A DNA stretch of 60,826 bases from a virus (lineage: Duplodnaviria > Caudoviricetes), in the IMG/VR virus record IMGVR_UViG_3300032301_000738, positions 1-60,826 of that record; one strand, 5' to 3'. Made by a program: the position numbers and the translations under genes. Positions 35,885 through 47,200 of this stretch are shown piece by piece. Under the pieces are notes generated by a model. The model saw nothing but the letters and a program-made list of their open reading frames with translations. It did not search any database and was not told the origin of the DNA. Position 1 is the stretch's first letter, and the number at the start of each line of letters is the position of its first letter.

Positions 35885-36624
35885 CTCGTCCAATATCTAT
35901 CGCAAAACTGTGGCGCGCCGCCGGCTCGCGAAAACCCGGATACGCGGAGGCCGTCCTCGACGCCGCCACCGCCGTGTCGCCAACGCACGTCACGGTTTCT
36001 GACGACGACTACGAGCGCCTGCGCGTCCAGTACGGATTGGGCGAGGGCGTATCGACTTCTGCTTCCGCGACCTACAGTGAGGCTGTGCCGATCGTCGGCC
36101 CATCCAGCACCACGCAGCAAGGGCATGGCATGAGCAACACCGTCCGACTGCCGCACGAATTGGTTGTAGCCGCTGCCGTTTCGCAGCCTCCTGAGTTCCT
36201 GCGCGACCTCATGGAGGCGTCCCAGCAGACGACCGATGCGTCTGGCGCCACCAAGTTCTTCGAGATCAGCACTGCCAACTACCGCCGGTTGCGGGAAAAG
36301 TACGGCGACGTGCTGGAGCCCAAGTCGTTTGGCGTGCCGTCCGCACCTCCGGAGCCGGCGGTGCCTCACGGTCCGGGAACGCACCTCAAGGGGCTGCTTG
36401 CGCTTATCGGGATCACTGCCTCGCCGAACTGCTCGTGCAACGCACGGGCCAAGCAGATGGACGAGTGGGGTCCAGACGAGTGCGAAAAGCGCATGCCGGA
36501 GATCGTGACGTGGCTTGGCGAGGAGGCGAAGCGGCGCGGCCTGCCGTTCGTGCGGTTGGCCGGCGAGCAAATCGTCAAGATGGCGATCCGGCGAGCCAGA
36601 AAGGCCGCCGCGAGCGCGGGTTAG
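35881..36624 (+). CDS. hypothetical protein with a duplicated N-terminal domain and a C-terminal CxC domain
   Basis: YERLRVQYG / YRRLREKYG repeat; GPGTHLK...NCSCNARAKQMDEWGPDEC. Confidence 0.75.
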   Translation: MTRPISIAKLWRAAGSRKPGYAEAVLDAATAVSPTHVTVSDDDYERLRVQYGLGEGVSTSASATYSEAVPIVGPSSTTQQGHGMSNTVRLPHELVVAAAVSQPPEFLRDLMEASQQTTDASGATKFFEISTANYRRLREKYGDVLEPKSFGVPSAPPEPAVPHGPGTHLKGLLALIGITASPNCSCNARAKQMDEWGPDECEKRMPEIVTWLGEEAKRRGLPFVRLAGEQIVKMAIRRARKAAASAG

Positions 36625-36627
36625 CCG

Positions 36628-36640
36628 GGACATAAATCCC
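36628..36640 (+). promoter_or_regulatory. candidate late promoter motif
   Basis: GGACATAAATCCC before the internal-protein block. Confidence 0.55.
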
Positions 36641-36652
36641 CTTGAGGGGTTT

Positions 36653-37015
36653 ATGTCATCCAAGTCCTACAAAGCGCCATCCGCCTCCGCGTCGTCGTCG
36701 GCGTCTGACACGTACGAATACGACGGCATGGACGACCTCCTGCGCAAGCGGGACGAGGCGTCTGCCCTCGACTCGCAGAAACAGGCGGCCCTCTACAAGG
36801 GCGACCTCGCCGGCTCGCTCTCAGCCGGCTCGCGCATTCGCGGGCTCATGGACGCCATCGCCGCGTACGAGTCCGGCCAGTTCCCGCTGTCGCGAATCCG
36901 CAGTCGTTCACGCAGCACCAGCATGGACATCGACGGCCCGCAGGTCGCGGAAAGTGAAGACCCGCCTCCGTACTCCATGTCCACCAAGAAGCGCGAAGAT
37001 CAGGAGAAGGTATGA
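36653..37015 (+). CDS. hypothetical (internal virion protein block)
   Basis: 120 aa, SD GAGGGG. Confidence 0.65.
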   Translation: MSSKSYKAPSASASSSASDTYEYDGMDDLLRKRDEASALDSQKQAALYKGDLAGSLSAGSRIRGLMDAIAAYESGQFPLSRIRSRSRSTSMDIDGPQVAESEDPPPYSMSTKKREDQEKV

Positions 37016-37419
37016 GCAACTGGATGGATTACCACAACGCGCTCAAGACGCGCAATGACTTTGCCGGCAGCGTCGGCGCCGGCTACGACGCCGCCGGCAG
37101 GATGACGTTTAGCGGCAACGGATTTCTCGGAGCCTCGCCCGCCGCCGTTGACAAGACGCGGCAGCAACTCGCCGAGCACGAAACCAAACTGGTAGAGGAG
37201 CAAAACAAGTTGGCGCAGGCCAACATGATGGAGGCGCAGCGCCAGTCCCAGTGGCAGGCCGCGCACGAGCGCAACCTGCAAGCCGCCGAGCAGATGCGCC
37301 GCAGCCAAGAGACGATGGGGCAGCAGGAGAACGAGCGGCAGAAATACAACGTGCTCTCTGGCCTGCTTTCTCGCGCGATGCCCGGAGCCGCCGCCGCCAC
37401 CACCGTTCGGAACTGGTGA
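37012..37419 (+). CDS. Gln/Ala-rich internal virion protein
   Basis: 135 aa helical composition. Confidence 0.65.
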   Translation: MSNWMDYHNALKTRNDFAGSVGAGYDAAGRMTFSGNGFLGASPAAVDKTRQQLAEHETKLVEEQNKLAQANMMEAQRQSQWQAAHERNLQAAEQMRRSQETMGQQENERQKYNVLSGLLSRAMPGAAAATTVRNW

Positions 37420-37793
37420 TGTACCCGACTGCCGTTGGCTTCAACCCATCGAATCGCCTGCTCGCTGGCCTGAGTCGCAAGGGCGACGCAGGTGCGGCTG
37501 CTCACGGTCAGGCTATGGCCGGCGCCGCCGGCCTCAACATGGACCGTGCGCAGCAGAACCAGAAGATGGCGGTCGAGCAGATGCAGCAAGACAGCCAGCA
37601 GCGCATGCTCGCCAACCAGAACCAGACCAAGCAAGCCAGCAACATGTCGCGTGAGTTCATTGCTCGCGGCGACATGCGCAATCGCGGGCTCACGCAGGAC
37701 ATCGGATTCTCCTATGACGCCGCAGCGCAGCAGCAGCGCCAGCAGACGCAGTTCCAGCAGATGCTCCTCAACGCCGTAACGAGGATGTTCTGA
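37419..37793 (+). CDS. Gln-rich internal virion protein
   Basis: 124 aa from MYPTAVGFN, coupled. Confidence 0.65.
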   Translation: MYPTAVGFNPSNRLLAGLSRKGDAGAAAHGQAMAGAAGLNMDRAQQNQKMAVEQMQQDSQQRMLANQNQTKQASNMSREFIARGDMRNRGLTQDIGFSYDAAAQQQRQQTQFQQMLLNAVTRMF

Positions 37794-38347
37794 TGGCGAT
37801 CGGCGCTGACATGAGCCTGCGCCCCAATCTCGGGGCAATGAAGCCGCCACTTGCGCCGCAGCCGGCCGCCAAGCCGATGAGCGTCCCTTCGCTGGCTCCG
37901 GCGCCGACGATGATTCCCGACGGTGCCGTGCAGGACATGGTCAACAACCAGTTGGCCGCCGCCGCCGGCTCTGGCAGGGCAGCGCTCGCAGCCGGCGACC
38001 GTGCTGGTGTGTCTCGTGGCGCTGGGCAGCAGCGCGTGGCGGATATGGCAGAGGCGACGGCCGACGTGACGGCTCGCTCTGGCGCCGCCCAGACGGAGAT
38101 GGGTGCCGCCGCAGCCAATGCGAATGCGCGCTCTGCGTTTGACAACGCAATGCGCAACGAGCAGTTGCAGAACACGGGCCTGCTGGAGCAACTCCGCAGC
38201 AACGTCGAGCAGGAAAAGATCGCCAAGACCGGCTGGCAACAGAACCTGCGCGAGGCGATGCGGCGCGGCCAGTTCTCGCTGACATCGGGAGCGCAGTTGG
38301 ACTACGGCCCCCTCTACCAAGCACTGTTCCAGAACCTCTTCTCATAG
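37793..38347 (+). CDS. Ala/Gln-rich internal virion protein
   Basis: 184 aa, coupled. Confidence 0.65.
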   Translation: MAIGADMSLRPNLGAMKPPLAPQPAAKPMSVPSLAPAPTMIPDGAVQDMVNNQLAAAAGSGRAALAAGDRAGVSRGAGQQRVADMAEATADVTARSGAAQTEMGAAAANANARSAFDNAMRNEQLQNTGLLEQLRSNVEQEKIAKTGWQQNLREAMRRGQFSLTSGAQLDYGPLYQALFQNLFS

Positions 38348-38354
38348 GTGACGC

Positions 38355-38636
38355 ATGGACGGCATCGAGATCGACTTTGACGACCTTCCCCCGAAGGTGC
38401 TCCGCAAGATGCTGCGCGCCGCTATGGCGAAGCGCGACCAGCCACGCGACGAGGAAGAGGACGACAAGGCGGACGACGAGCGCGATCAACTCGCCATGCT
38501 GCACGACGAGATGAAGACCGGCGGCTCGTCGGAAGAAGAGCAGGAAGACGACGAGGAGGACTCGTCCGTCGAAGAGATGATCGCTCCGGAGAAGGCCGAC
38601 AAGAAGAAAGCCAAGAAGCCGTCGCCAAAAGAGTGA
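38355..38636 (+). CDS. small acidic protein
   Basis: 93 aa Asp/Glu-rich with a Lys tail. Confidence 0.65.
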   Translation: MDGIEIDFDDLPPKVLRKMLRAAMAKRDQPRDEEEDDKADDERDQLAMLHDEMKTGGSSEEEQEDDEEDSSVEEMIAPEKADKKKAKKPSPKE

Positions 38637-38660
38637 CCACGCACCAGTCAAGGAAGACAC

Positions 38661-41600
38661 ATGGGACGGTTTGGCACAAGCAGCGCCCGCAATCTGATTC
38701 AGCAGGTCAACGACGCACGCGCTGCCGCCGGTGCCCCTGCGCCAGCGCCGCGTCCTCGCGTTGCCCCGCCTGCGCCAGCAGTGCCGCCCGTGATGCGTTC
38801 GCAGGTCGATGCGATTCTGGCGAAGATCGAGAGTTTCGGCGAGGATAGCCTCACTGCTTCCGAGCGCGCGCTCCTGCGGCGTGCCGACATGGCTGGCACC
38901 GTCGCTGAAGACGCTGCCCCGCCCGTTGTGCGTCAGGTCACGGACGGCGAAGTGTTTCCGTTTTCCGAAGAGAAGGGCCCGGACGGCAAGTACGTCCCTG
39001 TAGCCGAAGACGGCGTCGCTATCCGCATGGCGGAAGTCGACGGCGATCGAGTCTGGATTCGCGCTGACGGCCGAATCACCGACCAAGACGGCCGCGTCAT
39101 CGGCGACGTGTCAGACAACCCACAGGTTGCCTCCATCTTCGAGGGCCAGTCCGACCTCGACAATTCTGCGATTGATTTAGGCGATCCCGCTACGGGCCTT
39201 CGGCCGAACCGAGCCAGAGAAGACAAGATCGGCCTGCTCGCCAGTCGCATTCGACAGGCGACGATGGACTCCGATGTGTCGCGTCTGGAGGGCGTGGCGG
39301 GCCTGCGACAGTTGCAGGCCGCTGTAAGCAAGTTGTCGCCAGAAGACCTCCAAAACCTCCTCAGTCGCAGCGAACTAAGCCGCTACGTATCTCCGCAGGC
39401 GTCCGATGCGGTGCGGGCGGAAGCGGCTGCGGAAGCCCAGCGGCGACTCGACACGCTTGCGCAGATGGCGGAGCGCGTGCGGCGTGACCCGAGCGCAATG
39501 GCGACCGACAAGATCAATCGCAATCGTGCGCTTGCGACGCCGGCTCCTGCGCGTCAGGCGGAAGGCACAGCAGAGGCCGTAGCAGCCGCCAACTCACTGC
39601 TTGCTGCGCGCGAGGCGGCCATTCCGCAGGGAGACTGGGGCGCTCTGGCGGCTCAATTCAACGCCGCACCGGCCGATCAGCGCGTCGCCATTCTTCGGTC
39701 GCTGCCGGAGCAGGTGCGTCCGATGATTAGCCGCATGCTCGAAACCACAGAAGTGGACGGGCCATCAATCTCGCCCAATGCACTGAGCGCTGCAATCGAG
39801 CCAGTGAACGACGTGCAGTCGCTGATGGAAGAGTTAGAAGCCGCCCGTCGTTCCGGCGACGCGGAAGCAGAGTCCGCCGCACGGAAACTTCTGCAAGAGC
39901 GTTTTGCGGACCCGCAGGAAATGGCGGGATACGGAGACGGCCGTGAAGCCGTACGGTCGTTCAACGACCAGCGGCTCGCGTTCGACACGCTGCGACGAGC
40001 GGTCATTGGCTCCGACCCCGACGTGGTGTCGGCGCTCGACACGGCCCGCACGAAAATCGTCACGCGATCGCAGCCAACTGTGGCCGCACCGGACTCGCGT
40101 GCGATCGACGCCGGCAGGCCAGACAATCTTCCGGAGCAAGCGCTTCCGGGAGCATTAGATGACGCTCGCGCCGCCGACGCAGCGTTCGAGGAAGCGCGCG
40201 CCCTCGCACCGATTAGTCTGCCTCCACAGTTGCGCAGCATCGAAGCGCGCAGGGAGATTGCTGGGCTGGGCGAAGATCAGCCGCTTCCTCCGGCGCTGGC
40301 TGGTGACGCAGAGGGCCGCGTGGAGAAGCGGCCGCGCAGCGAACGCCCGCTGGACACAGCCGACGTGGAGCGTCTGGAAGGCGCCCGCGCTCTCGAAGAT
40401 GCCGTCACATCGGCGCACGAGGCTCTGGACGCCGCGCGCGCTGAAGCGGGCGTTGGCCCCATGTCGCTCGAAGACATGGACAAGGCTGGGTTGTTTCCGG
40501 AGCAGATTGCTGCCCTGCGCGCCGCCTACGCCGACCTTGACAAGGCGTATGGCTATCGCACGGCAGCGGCGACCACCGGCTCACTCGATCGCCAGATGGC
40601 GACGTATCACAATCGGATAGCGGCGCTGCGGGAGCGTATCGACGCGGCGCGCTCGGAACTCAATTCCGCTATTGCTGGGTCGCGCAAGTCCGGCGCCCTC
40701 CCAGATGCAGCCGAGCAGCCGCTATCCGCAGCAGACATGGAGGCCCGTTTCCCTCGCGAGTTCGGGCAGGTTCAGGAACTGCAACAGATGCTAGAGCGCC
40801 TGCAAATGCCTCGCACGGGCACTCGCAAACTGCCGCCGGGCGCTTCCCCACGATCTGACGCTAGGTTGATTCGCGATCAGCGATCCAGTTCGCAAACCAT
40901 CACGGAGGCCATTCGGAACGCCGGTAGCCAATCCAATCTGCGCACTGGCGAAACGCTGGCGCGCTCAAGCGACGTGACCGGAGACGACGCGCTCGTTGAC
41001 TACAGCCCGATGCAGGGCATCACGGACATTCTTGAGGAGGCGCGGTTCCGCAGCGACCTCAAGCGCGGGCGACTTGGCGGAGGATCGTCGTTGTCTCGCC
41101 GTCTCGGAGCAACCGACTTTCTGTGGCGCACCAAGCGCGGCCAAGTAGTAGACCCGATCGCGACGTTTGGCTCTGCGGACGCAGCAGCCGATTTTCTGTT
41201 GCAGCGTGACCCGCAGTGGTCTGACAGAACAGACTCGGCAGGGTATCAAGTAGAGCGAGCAATGGTTGCTGACGGCATCGAAATGATGTACGGCAACCGC
41301 AGCGGCTCTCGCCCGATGACGCTGCGCGAAGGTGATGACGCTGTCGTGCTTGAGCCGACGGCGCAGCCGCAGGCGACAGAAGCCGCTAGCAATACCTTCC
41401 CCACGAGCGGCGTACCGACCGCAGCCGAAGTCACAAACCTCACCCTGCGGAGGGTGTACGACAGCATCGAAGGCGACAAGCCGCCGTTTGAGGAGTGGCG
41501 TAAGACTGCGCAGGTCGCAGTTCCTGAGGACGCCCCAACCCCTGAGGCGCAGGCGCTCGAAGCGTCGGCTACGGAACTGGGCGGCGAGACTGCGGCGGAG

Positions 41601-42254
41601 CAGCCCGCCACGCCAAAGCGGAAGGGTCGTGGGAAGAAGAACGCTCCGGCGAACAAGGAGCCCGCACCGGAAGCGGCGGCTGATGGCGCGGAGGCCGCGA
41701 CTGAAGAAGCGGCAGCGACGCCCGCGCGCGGCAAGGGTTCGCGGCGGCGCTCGACTGCGGCTGATCCGGATGCCGCCGCGCGTGCAAGGAAACTGGCCGA
41801 AGAGGGTCCGGCAGATGCCGCCGATGGCGCGCCGCCCGAGCCGCCAAAGGATGGTTCGGCGCCGCCAGATGGTGAAGACGGGGCCACGCCAGACGATGGC
41901 GCGAAGACGCCGAAGAAGGGCAACATTCTGTCAAGGAACAAGGGCCGATTGGCGATTGGCGCGGGCCTCGCTGGCGGGGCATACCTGCTTAGTGGGGCGC
42001 GTCGAGCCGGCGAGCAGCAGCGCCTTGCCGAACAGGGCGATGCCAGCGGACAAGATGTCTTTGAGCGTTTCGTTGGCGCTCCTGCGGGCGGGGTCGGCGG
42101 TGATGGTGCCGCGCGCCCGATTGCCCCAGCGGCACGGGGCGGTGACGGCGCCTCCGAAGAAGCCGAAATATCCAGACTGCTCAACAGACTCGGCCGCAGG
42201 TCACTCCCTGCCACCTATGGCATTCCCGGCTCGTACGCTCCGCTGGCTGACTGA
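38661..42254 (+). CDS. large internal virion/ejection protein
   Basis: 1197 aa Ala-rich, Cys-free; C-terminal LAIGAGLAGGAYLL hydrophobic segment. Confidence 0.7.
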   Translation: MGRFGTSSARNLIQQVNDARAAAGAPAPAPRPRVAPPAPAVPPVMRSQVDAILAKIESFGEDSLTASERALLRRADMAGTVAEDAAPPVVRQVTDGEVFPFSEEKGPDGKYVPVAEDGVAIRMAEVDGDRVWIRADGRITDQDGRVIGDVSDNPQVASIFEGQSDLDNSAIDLGDPATGLRPNRAREDKIGLLASRIRQATMDSDVSRLEGVAGLRQLQAAVSKLSPEDLQNLLSRSELSRYVSPQASDAVRAEAAAEAQRRLDTLAQMAERVRRDPSAMATDKINRNRALATPAPARQAEGTAEAVAAANSLLAAREAAIPQGDWGALAAQFNAAPADQRVAILRSLPEQVRPMISRMLETTEVDGPSISPNALSAAIEPVNDVQSLMEELEAARRSGDAEAESAARKLLQERFADPQEMAGYGDGREAVRSFNDQRLAFDTLRRAVIGSDPDVVSALDTARTKIVTRSQPTVAAPDSRAIDAGRPDNLPEQALPGALDDARAADAAFEEARALAPISLPPQLRSIEARREIAGLGEDQPLPPALAGDAEGRVEKRPRSERPLDTADVERLEGARALEDAVTSAHEALDAARAEAGVGPMSLEDMDKAGLFPEQIAALRAAYADLDKAYGYRTAAATTGSLDRQMATYHNRIAALRERIDAARSELNSAIAGSRKSGALPDAAEQPLSAADMEARFPREFGQVQELQQMLERLQMPRTGTRKLPPGASPRSDARLIRDQRSSSQTITEAIRNAGSQSNLRTGETLARSSDVTGDDALVDYSPMQGITDILEEARFRSDLKRGRLGGGSSLSRRLGATDFLWRTKRGQVVDPIATFGSADAAADFLLQRDPQWSDRTDSAGYQVERAMVADGIEMMYGNRSGSRPMTLREGDDAVVLEPTAQPQATEAASNTFPTSGVPTAAEVTNLTLRRVYDSIEGDKPPFEEWRKTAQVAVPEDAPTPEAQALEASATELGGETAAEQPATPKRKGRGKKNAPANKEPAPEAAADGAEAATEEAAATPARGKGSRRRSTAADPDAAARARKLAEEGPADAADGAPPEPPKDGSAPPDGEDGATPDDGAKTPKKGNILSRNKGRLAIGAGLAGGAYLLSGARRAGEQQRLAEQGDASGQDVFERFVGAPAGGVGGDGAARPIAPAARGGDGASEEAEISRLLNRLGRRSLPATYGIPGSYAPLAD

Positions 42255-42262
42255 GGGCTCAC

Positions 42263-44272
42263 ATGGCTATCCGCGACTTGATTGCACGACTCACTGGCAC
42301 GCAGCCGGCCGATGGCCGCGTACGCATGGACGAGGGCGACGCTGTCCGCCGCCCGTTCGAGGACGAGGCCGCAAGGGCGTGGCGCGATCCGTCGGTGTTC
42401 GTCGAAGCAGCGCAACAGGCCGTGAGCGGTGTCGTCGGCAACGAAAGGGGATACCAAGAGCGCCGCGCACAGTTGGCCGAAAAGCAGAAAGAGGCACAGG
42501 CCATTGTCTCTGGCGCACGCACTGCCGCAGGGCGAGCGCGGGAGGTGGCGGAGCGCGTGGTCGGTCAGGCCGCCGAGCAGGCCCAGCCCTTCATTCCCAA
42601 GCCGACGCGCAGGAAGTCAGAGCCTAAGGGCCCCGTGCGACTTTCCGATCGCCGACCGTTCGGGCCGGACGAGGGCTTTGAGCCGCGACCAACGCTTGTC
42701 GAAGGCCAGCCCCTTCCCGGAGAGGAGCAAGTCACGACCGCACAGACCCTTGCCACGCTCCCGCCAGAGATTTCTGGCGGCCTCCGCGCCAAGTACGAGG
42801 GCGGCGGGCACGCCGAAAACATGACGTTTGATGACTGGCTGTCAGAGAACTTCGCCGACTACGCCCCTGACGAGCGCGCTGCCGTGATGCGGCAGTCTGC
42901 AACGGCCGAAACGCAGAACCAGATCGGCCGCGATCCGACGCTTGAGCCCGGCCAGATGACTGGCGTGGCGAAGGGCGTGCGCGCATCTGGCAGGCCGCTT
43001 CCGGAAGGGCGACCTGCTGCTCATTACTCGCCTGACCAAACGCGCATGCAGGGCCGCAACGTTTACGACCCATCCGTGCGGACCACGCCGTTTGGCGGTT
43101 CGTTTGCGGCCACGTCGGCCGGCTCGTACGGCATGCGCGCGCCACGACGAGATGCGCCAGCAATCGCGGCGACCATCGACACCAAGCCCGAAGAACTCAC
43201 GCTCAACGAAATCATCGCGCTCGCGCCCGAGTACGGCATCGATGCAGCGGAGTACGGAGATGACTTGGATTTGTTGGCTAAACACACGATTGAGGCCCAT
43301 CGTCGGCATCAGACTCAGGTGCAGTCATCAGACATAGTCCCTACCGGCATGGGCGGCTTCCGCTACACGCCTAACGAAGCGACGCGCGAGCAGGACAACC
43401 TCCGCAACGCCCAGCGCTTTGCGCGCACGTTGGTGGAGCGCTATGGCAAAGATCGCATGCCCGGATTTGACGCCAAATCCGTCATTGCTGCTGGCGAGGC
43501 AGGCGACATGAACGCCTTGCGCGCGATCAACAGGGAGTTTGGCGCGCTGGCTGCGGGAGATCGCCAGAACAACGCTCGCGATCGAGCCGCCTCGTTCAAC
43601 ATGACGCGGGACTTGAACAACCCTGCTATCCGTCAGGGCATGTTGGTTCGCGGTCTGATGCGTCAGGTGGCCGAGAACAATCCAGAAGGCATGGCGGCAA
43701 TGTCGCAGATTGCCGGCGATCCGAGAACGGCTGCGGTGTACGCGCAGTTGGCGGCACAGCAGATGCAGGCGCAGGCCGAAGCGGTCGAAGCGGATGCAGG
43801 GCGCCGTGCGAAGAAAGAGGCGGCTGATCGTGAGGCGGCCGGTGCCGCTGGGGCCGCAAAAGACTTTATGATCCGCCTAGCCAACGAAACCGATCCGGCA
43901 GTACGCCAGCAGATGGCGGAAACGTTTGTAACGCAGCGCAGGACGGAGGCAAAGCAGCCCAATTCTCCGGCGGAGGTGGCGGCTGAAGCGGCTGTGATTG
44001 TGGCGCAGCAGGAGTTGAGCGACGCAAAGGCGGCCCAAGACCCAGTCGCGGCACGCCGCGTGTTCGCTCGCTTCTCGCAAAACCGCCCAATGTTCAACTC
44101 TTTGGCGGCTGCGGCGGGCGTGACTCCTGAGGAGCGGGACGCAATGTGGGCAGAGATGAATGGTCAGACTGCCCGCGAACAAGGTCAAGCGGTCAGGCAG
44201 GGCGCTGCGGACATGTGGTCAGGGGTCAACAACTTCTTGGGCGGTGTGTTTTTTGGAGCGAAGCCCGAGTAG
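42263..44272 (+). CDS. internal virion/ejection protein
   Basis: 669 aa Ala/Gln-rich helical protein. Confidence 0.7.
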   Translation: MAIRDLIARLTGTQPADGRVRMDEGDAVRRPFEDEAARAWRDPSVFVEAAQQAVSGVVGNERGYQERRAQLAEKQKEAQAIVSGARTAAGRAREVAERVVGQAAEQAQPFIPKPTRRKSEPKGPVRLSDRRPFGPDEGFEPRPTLVEGQPLPGEEQVTTAQTLATLPPEISGGLRAKYEGGGHAENMTFDDWLSENFADYAPDERAAVMRQSATAETQNQIGRDPTLEPGQMTGVAKGVRASGRPLPEGRPAAHYSPDQTRMQGRNVYDPSVRTTPFGGSFAATSAGSYGMRAPRRDAPAIAATIDTKPEELTLNEIIALAPEYGIDAAEYGDDLDLLAKHTIEAHRRHQTQVQSSDIVPTGMGGFRYTPNEATREQDNLRNAQRFARTLVERYGKDRMPGFDAKSVIAAGEAGDMNALRAINREFGALAAGDRQNNARDRAASFNMTRDLNNPAIRQGMLVRGLMRQVAENNPEGMAAMSQIAGDPRTAAVYAQLAAQQMQAQAEAVEADAGRRAKKEAADREAAGAAGAAKDFMIRLANETDPAVRQQMAETFVTQRRTEAKQPNSPAEVAAEAAVIVAQQELSDAKAAQDPVAARRVFARFSQNRPMFNSLAAAAGVTPEERDAMWAEMNGQTAREQGQAVRQGAADMWSGVNNFLGGVFFGAKPE

Positions 44273-44275
44273 CCA

Positions 44276-47200
44276 ATGGCACTGCTTGATCGCTCGCCAC
44301 TTCTGCGCATTAGGCGGCCGGCCGCAGAAGCGGCTGCGGCAGTGCCAGTCTCTCCGCTTGAGCAGCAGTCTGTCCTAGAGCAGATTGGTTCCGTCGCTGG
44401 CGGCACGCTGTCTCGCTTGGGCAGTGCGCTGTCTGCGCCAGACGACTACATTCGCGGCGCGCTGGTTGGTCGTCCGGGCGAGCGAGTCGATGGATGGGAC
44501 TTGCTGCGCTCCGCAGGCATCATCGGTGACGATCCCGGATGGGGCGGCTGGGGTCTGGGATTGGTGACGGACGCGCTCACCTCCCCTAGCACGTACCTTC
44601 TCGGGCCGGCTGCGTCTTACACCAAAGCGGGCTTGGCGGCCAAAGCAATGGGGTCGCTGGATAACGCTGCCACCGTCGCCACGCGCAAGGCGCTGGATGC
44701 TGGTCTGGACAACGTGACGCTGCCCAACGTCGCCAAACGCACTAGGGCGCAATTGGAGGCCACTGGGCGCACCCTGTCGCCATCCGACCCGTCCACCGTC
44801 GGAAGGCCCCTGTACGGCCCCAGAACGGCCCGTAGGAACGTGACGCTGGACGACATGATCCAGTACGCCGACGACCCTATCGCGGCTGAGAAGAAGGCTA
44901 GGGACTTTCTGGGGGCAGACTTCGACGCCGCTCGTGGAGACACCCTGTCCAAGTCGTTTGGCATAGGCGCTCCGCTTGGCGAGCCGCTGGCTGTTGGCGA
45001 CCTGCTAGGCAAGGAGTTTGGCGACAAGTACGCCGATGTACTGGACACCGTCGGGCAGGCGGTGCGCTGGAGTGGGCCCGGACGGTGGGCTGCGTCGGCG
45101 TTCGACAATCGCGTCGGGCAGGCGATCGACCCCGAGCAGCAGATCGTGAACGCTGCCAAGTTCGAGGCCGGCCGGAAACTGCGAACGACCGCAGCCGGAG
45201 AACACGCCTTCCAGTTGGCAAAACTCCAGCAGGCGCAACCAGAAGTCTTCTCTCAGGAAGGCAACCAGCGGCTGGGGCGATACCTCGAAGGGCAGGCGAC
45301 GCCCGAAGACGCGGCGTACTTCGCCTCTCGACCGCAACTGCAAGAGTACGGCGACTGGTGGAAGGTGGCGCGCGATGTCTACAACCGCGAGTCCATGAAC
45401 GTGGGCCTCAAGCGAGGCATGGATGCCGACCTCTACGGCAACGAGTACCTGCCGCGCTACGCCGACCCCGCACTGGGCATGGATCGCTTCGCCGGAGACA
45501 TGATGGCGCGCGGCGCCACGATGCAGTTACCGGGCGGGCGCGACACGATCATGCGGCTGTCGCAAGACCCGTTCATTGCTGGCAAGGCACGCAAGGCCAA
45601 GACCGACCAAGAGGCTGCGCGGTACATCTTGGCGCAGGTCAACCGACTCGTCGGACCAGACCAACCTAAGGTCGCGTTCGAGCAGGCTCGCGACTTGGCG
45701 GCCATCCTCAGTCGACTGCCGGACGAGGTCGTCAAGAAAGCGCCGCTGTTCGGCCAGCACCCCACGCAGTTGATCGGCGACTACGTCGAGAGGCGTGCCA
45801 ATCGCATCGGCCAGACGGGCGTGCTATACGACTCGCTGGCGTCGATGGCGGTTGGCACCACGCGCAATCGCGTAGCCGGCGGCCAGCACATCTCGTTGTC
45901 CGAAGCGCTCGACAAACTCAACCTGCAAACGCACTACGAAGACACGCTCAACGACGCCTTCGAGGTCGTCACTGACAAGGGACGGCGCGTGACGCGCTCC
46001 GACGTGCCTGAGTTTGGTGCGCGCCAGCAGATGCGCGAACGACTGGCCGCCATGATGGGCGTGAAGCCAGACGACATCGAACTGTCGCAGTTCTCCGTGC
46101 CACGCGAACACGTCGAGCGATTGCAGCGGGGCGCAGAAGCGTTCTCGACGGACGAGGCATCCGGCTCGCTGCTACGGCTCCTCGACCACTACACCGCTGC
46201 ATGGCGCGGCTCGATCCTTGCGTGGCCCGCACGGGCAGTGCGCGACCTATATAGCGGTGCCGTGCAGAACTGGATGGCCGGCGCGTCGGACGGCGGCGCG
46301 GTGCTGGCGGCCTCGCGGCTCATGCGGTACGGCCCGCAAGACGAGGGCTTCCTGAGTGCCCTTCGCCAAATCCCGCGATACAACACGGACGACGGCGTGG
46401 CGCAGTTCTACGCCGACTTGGCAAGCACCGAACTCATCTCTGGTGGCGTGATCTCGGACATCGCCGGAGCCTCCGTTGGCGAGCGCGCACTGGACCGTCT
46501 TCCGGGAGCGCGACCTGTCAACCTCTCCACAATGGCGGCTGAGTTCGCGCCGCAGGACAGGACGTGGAGTGAGTTCGGCCGCGACTTTATGACGTGGCGC
46601 TCTCGCCTCAAGCCGCTCAACGAGACGGCCAATCCGCTGCTTCGCGCCGGCGATCAGATGAACTCGCTGACGGATGGCATCAATCGCATCAGCGGCTTCT
46701 TGGCGCTGATGAAGAAGGGCATGGACCCAGAGGCGGCCGGCAAAGCGATCAAAGCCGTGCAGGTTGACTACAGCACGCTCACGCCGTTCGAGAAGAACGT
46801 GCTCAAGTCCATCTTCCCTTGGTATTCCTTTCAGAGCCGCATGTTCCGCACGATCCTCCAGCAGTTGGTGGAGCGTCCGGGCGGTCGCTACGGCCAACTG
46901 ATTCGTGGGACAGAGGCACTGCAAAGCGAAGGGAACGAAGACACGTACGTGCCCAGTGGGTTGCGTACGCAGTTCGCGTTTCCGCTGCCGGAGTTTCTCG
47001 GTGGCAAGCCGTCGGAGCAGACGCAGAAGTATCTCACCGACATCGACTTTCCGGGCTTCGACCAGATCAACTTACTGGACGTGCAGGACACGGTGGGTGG
47101 CAGTGTCTCGGGAACGATGCGCCAGTTGGGTATGCAGACGCATCCGTTTATACGCAACACTGCGGAGTTGGTGTTTGACGAAGACCTGTTCAGCCGGCGG

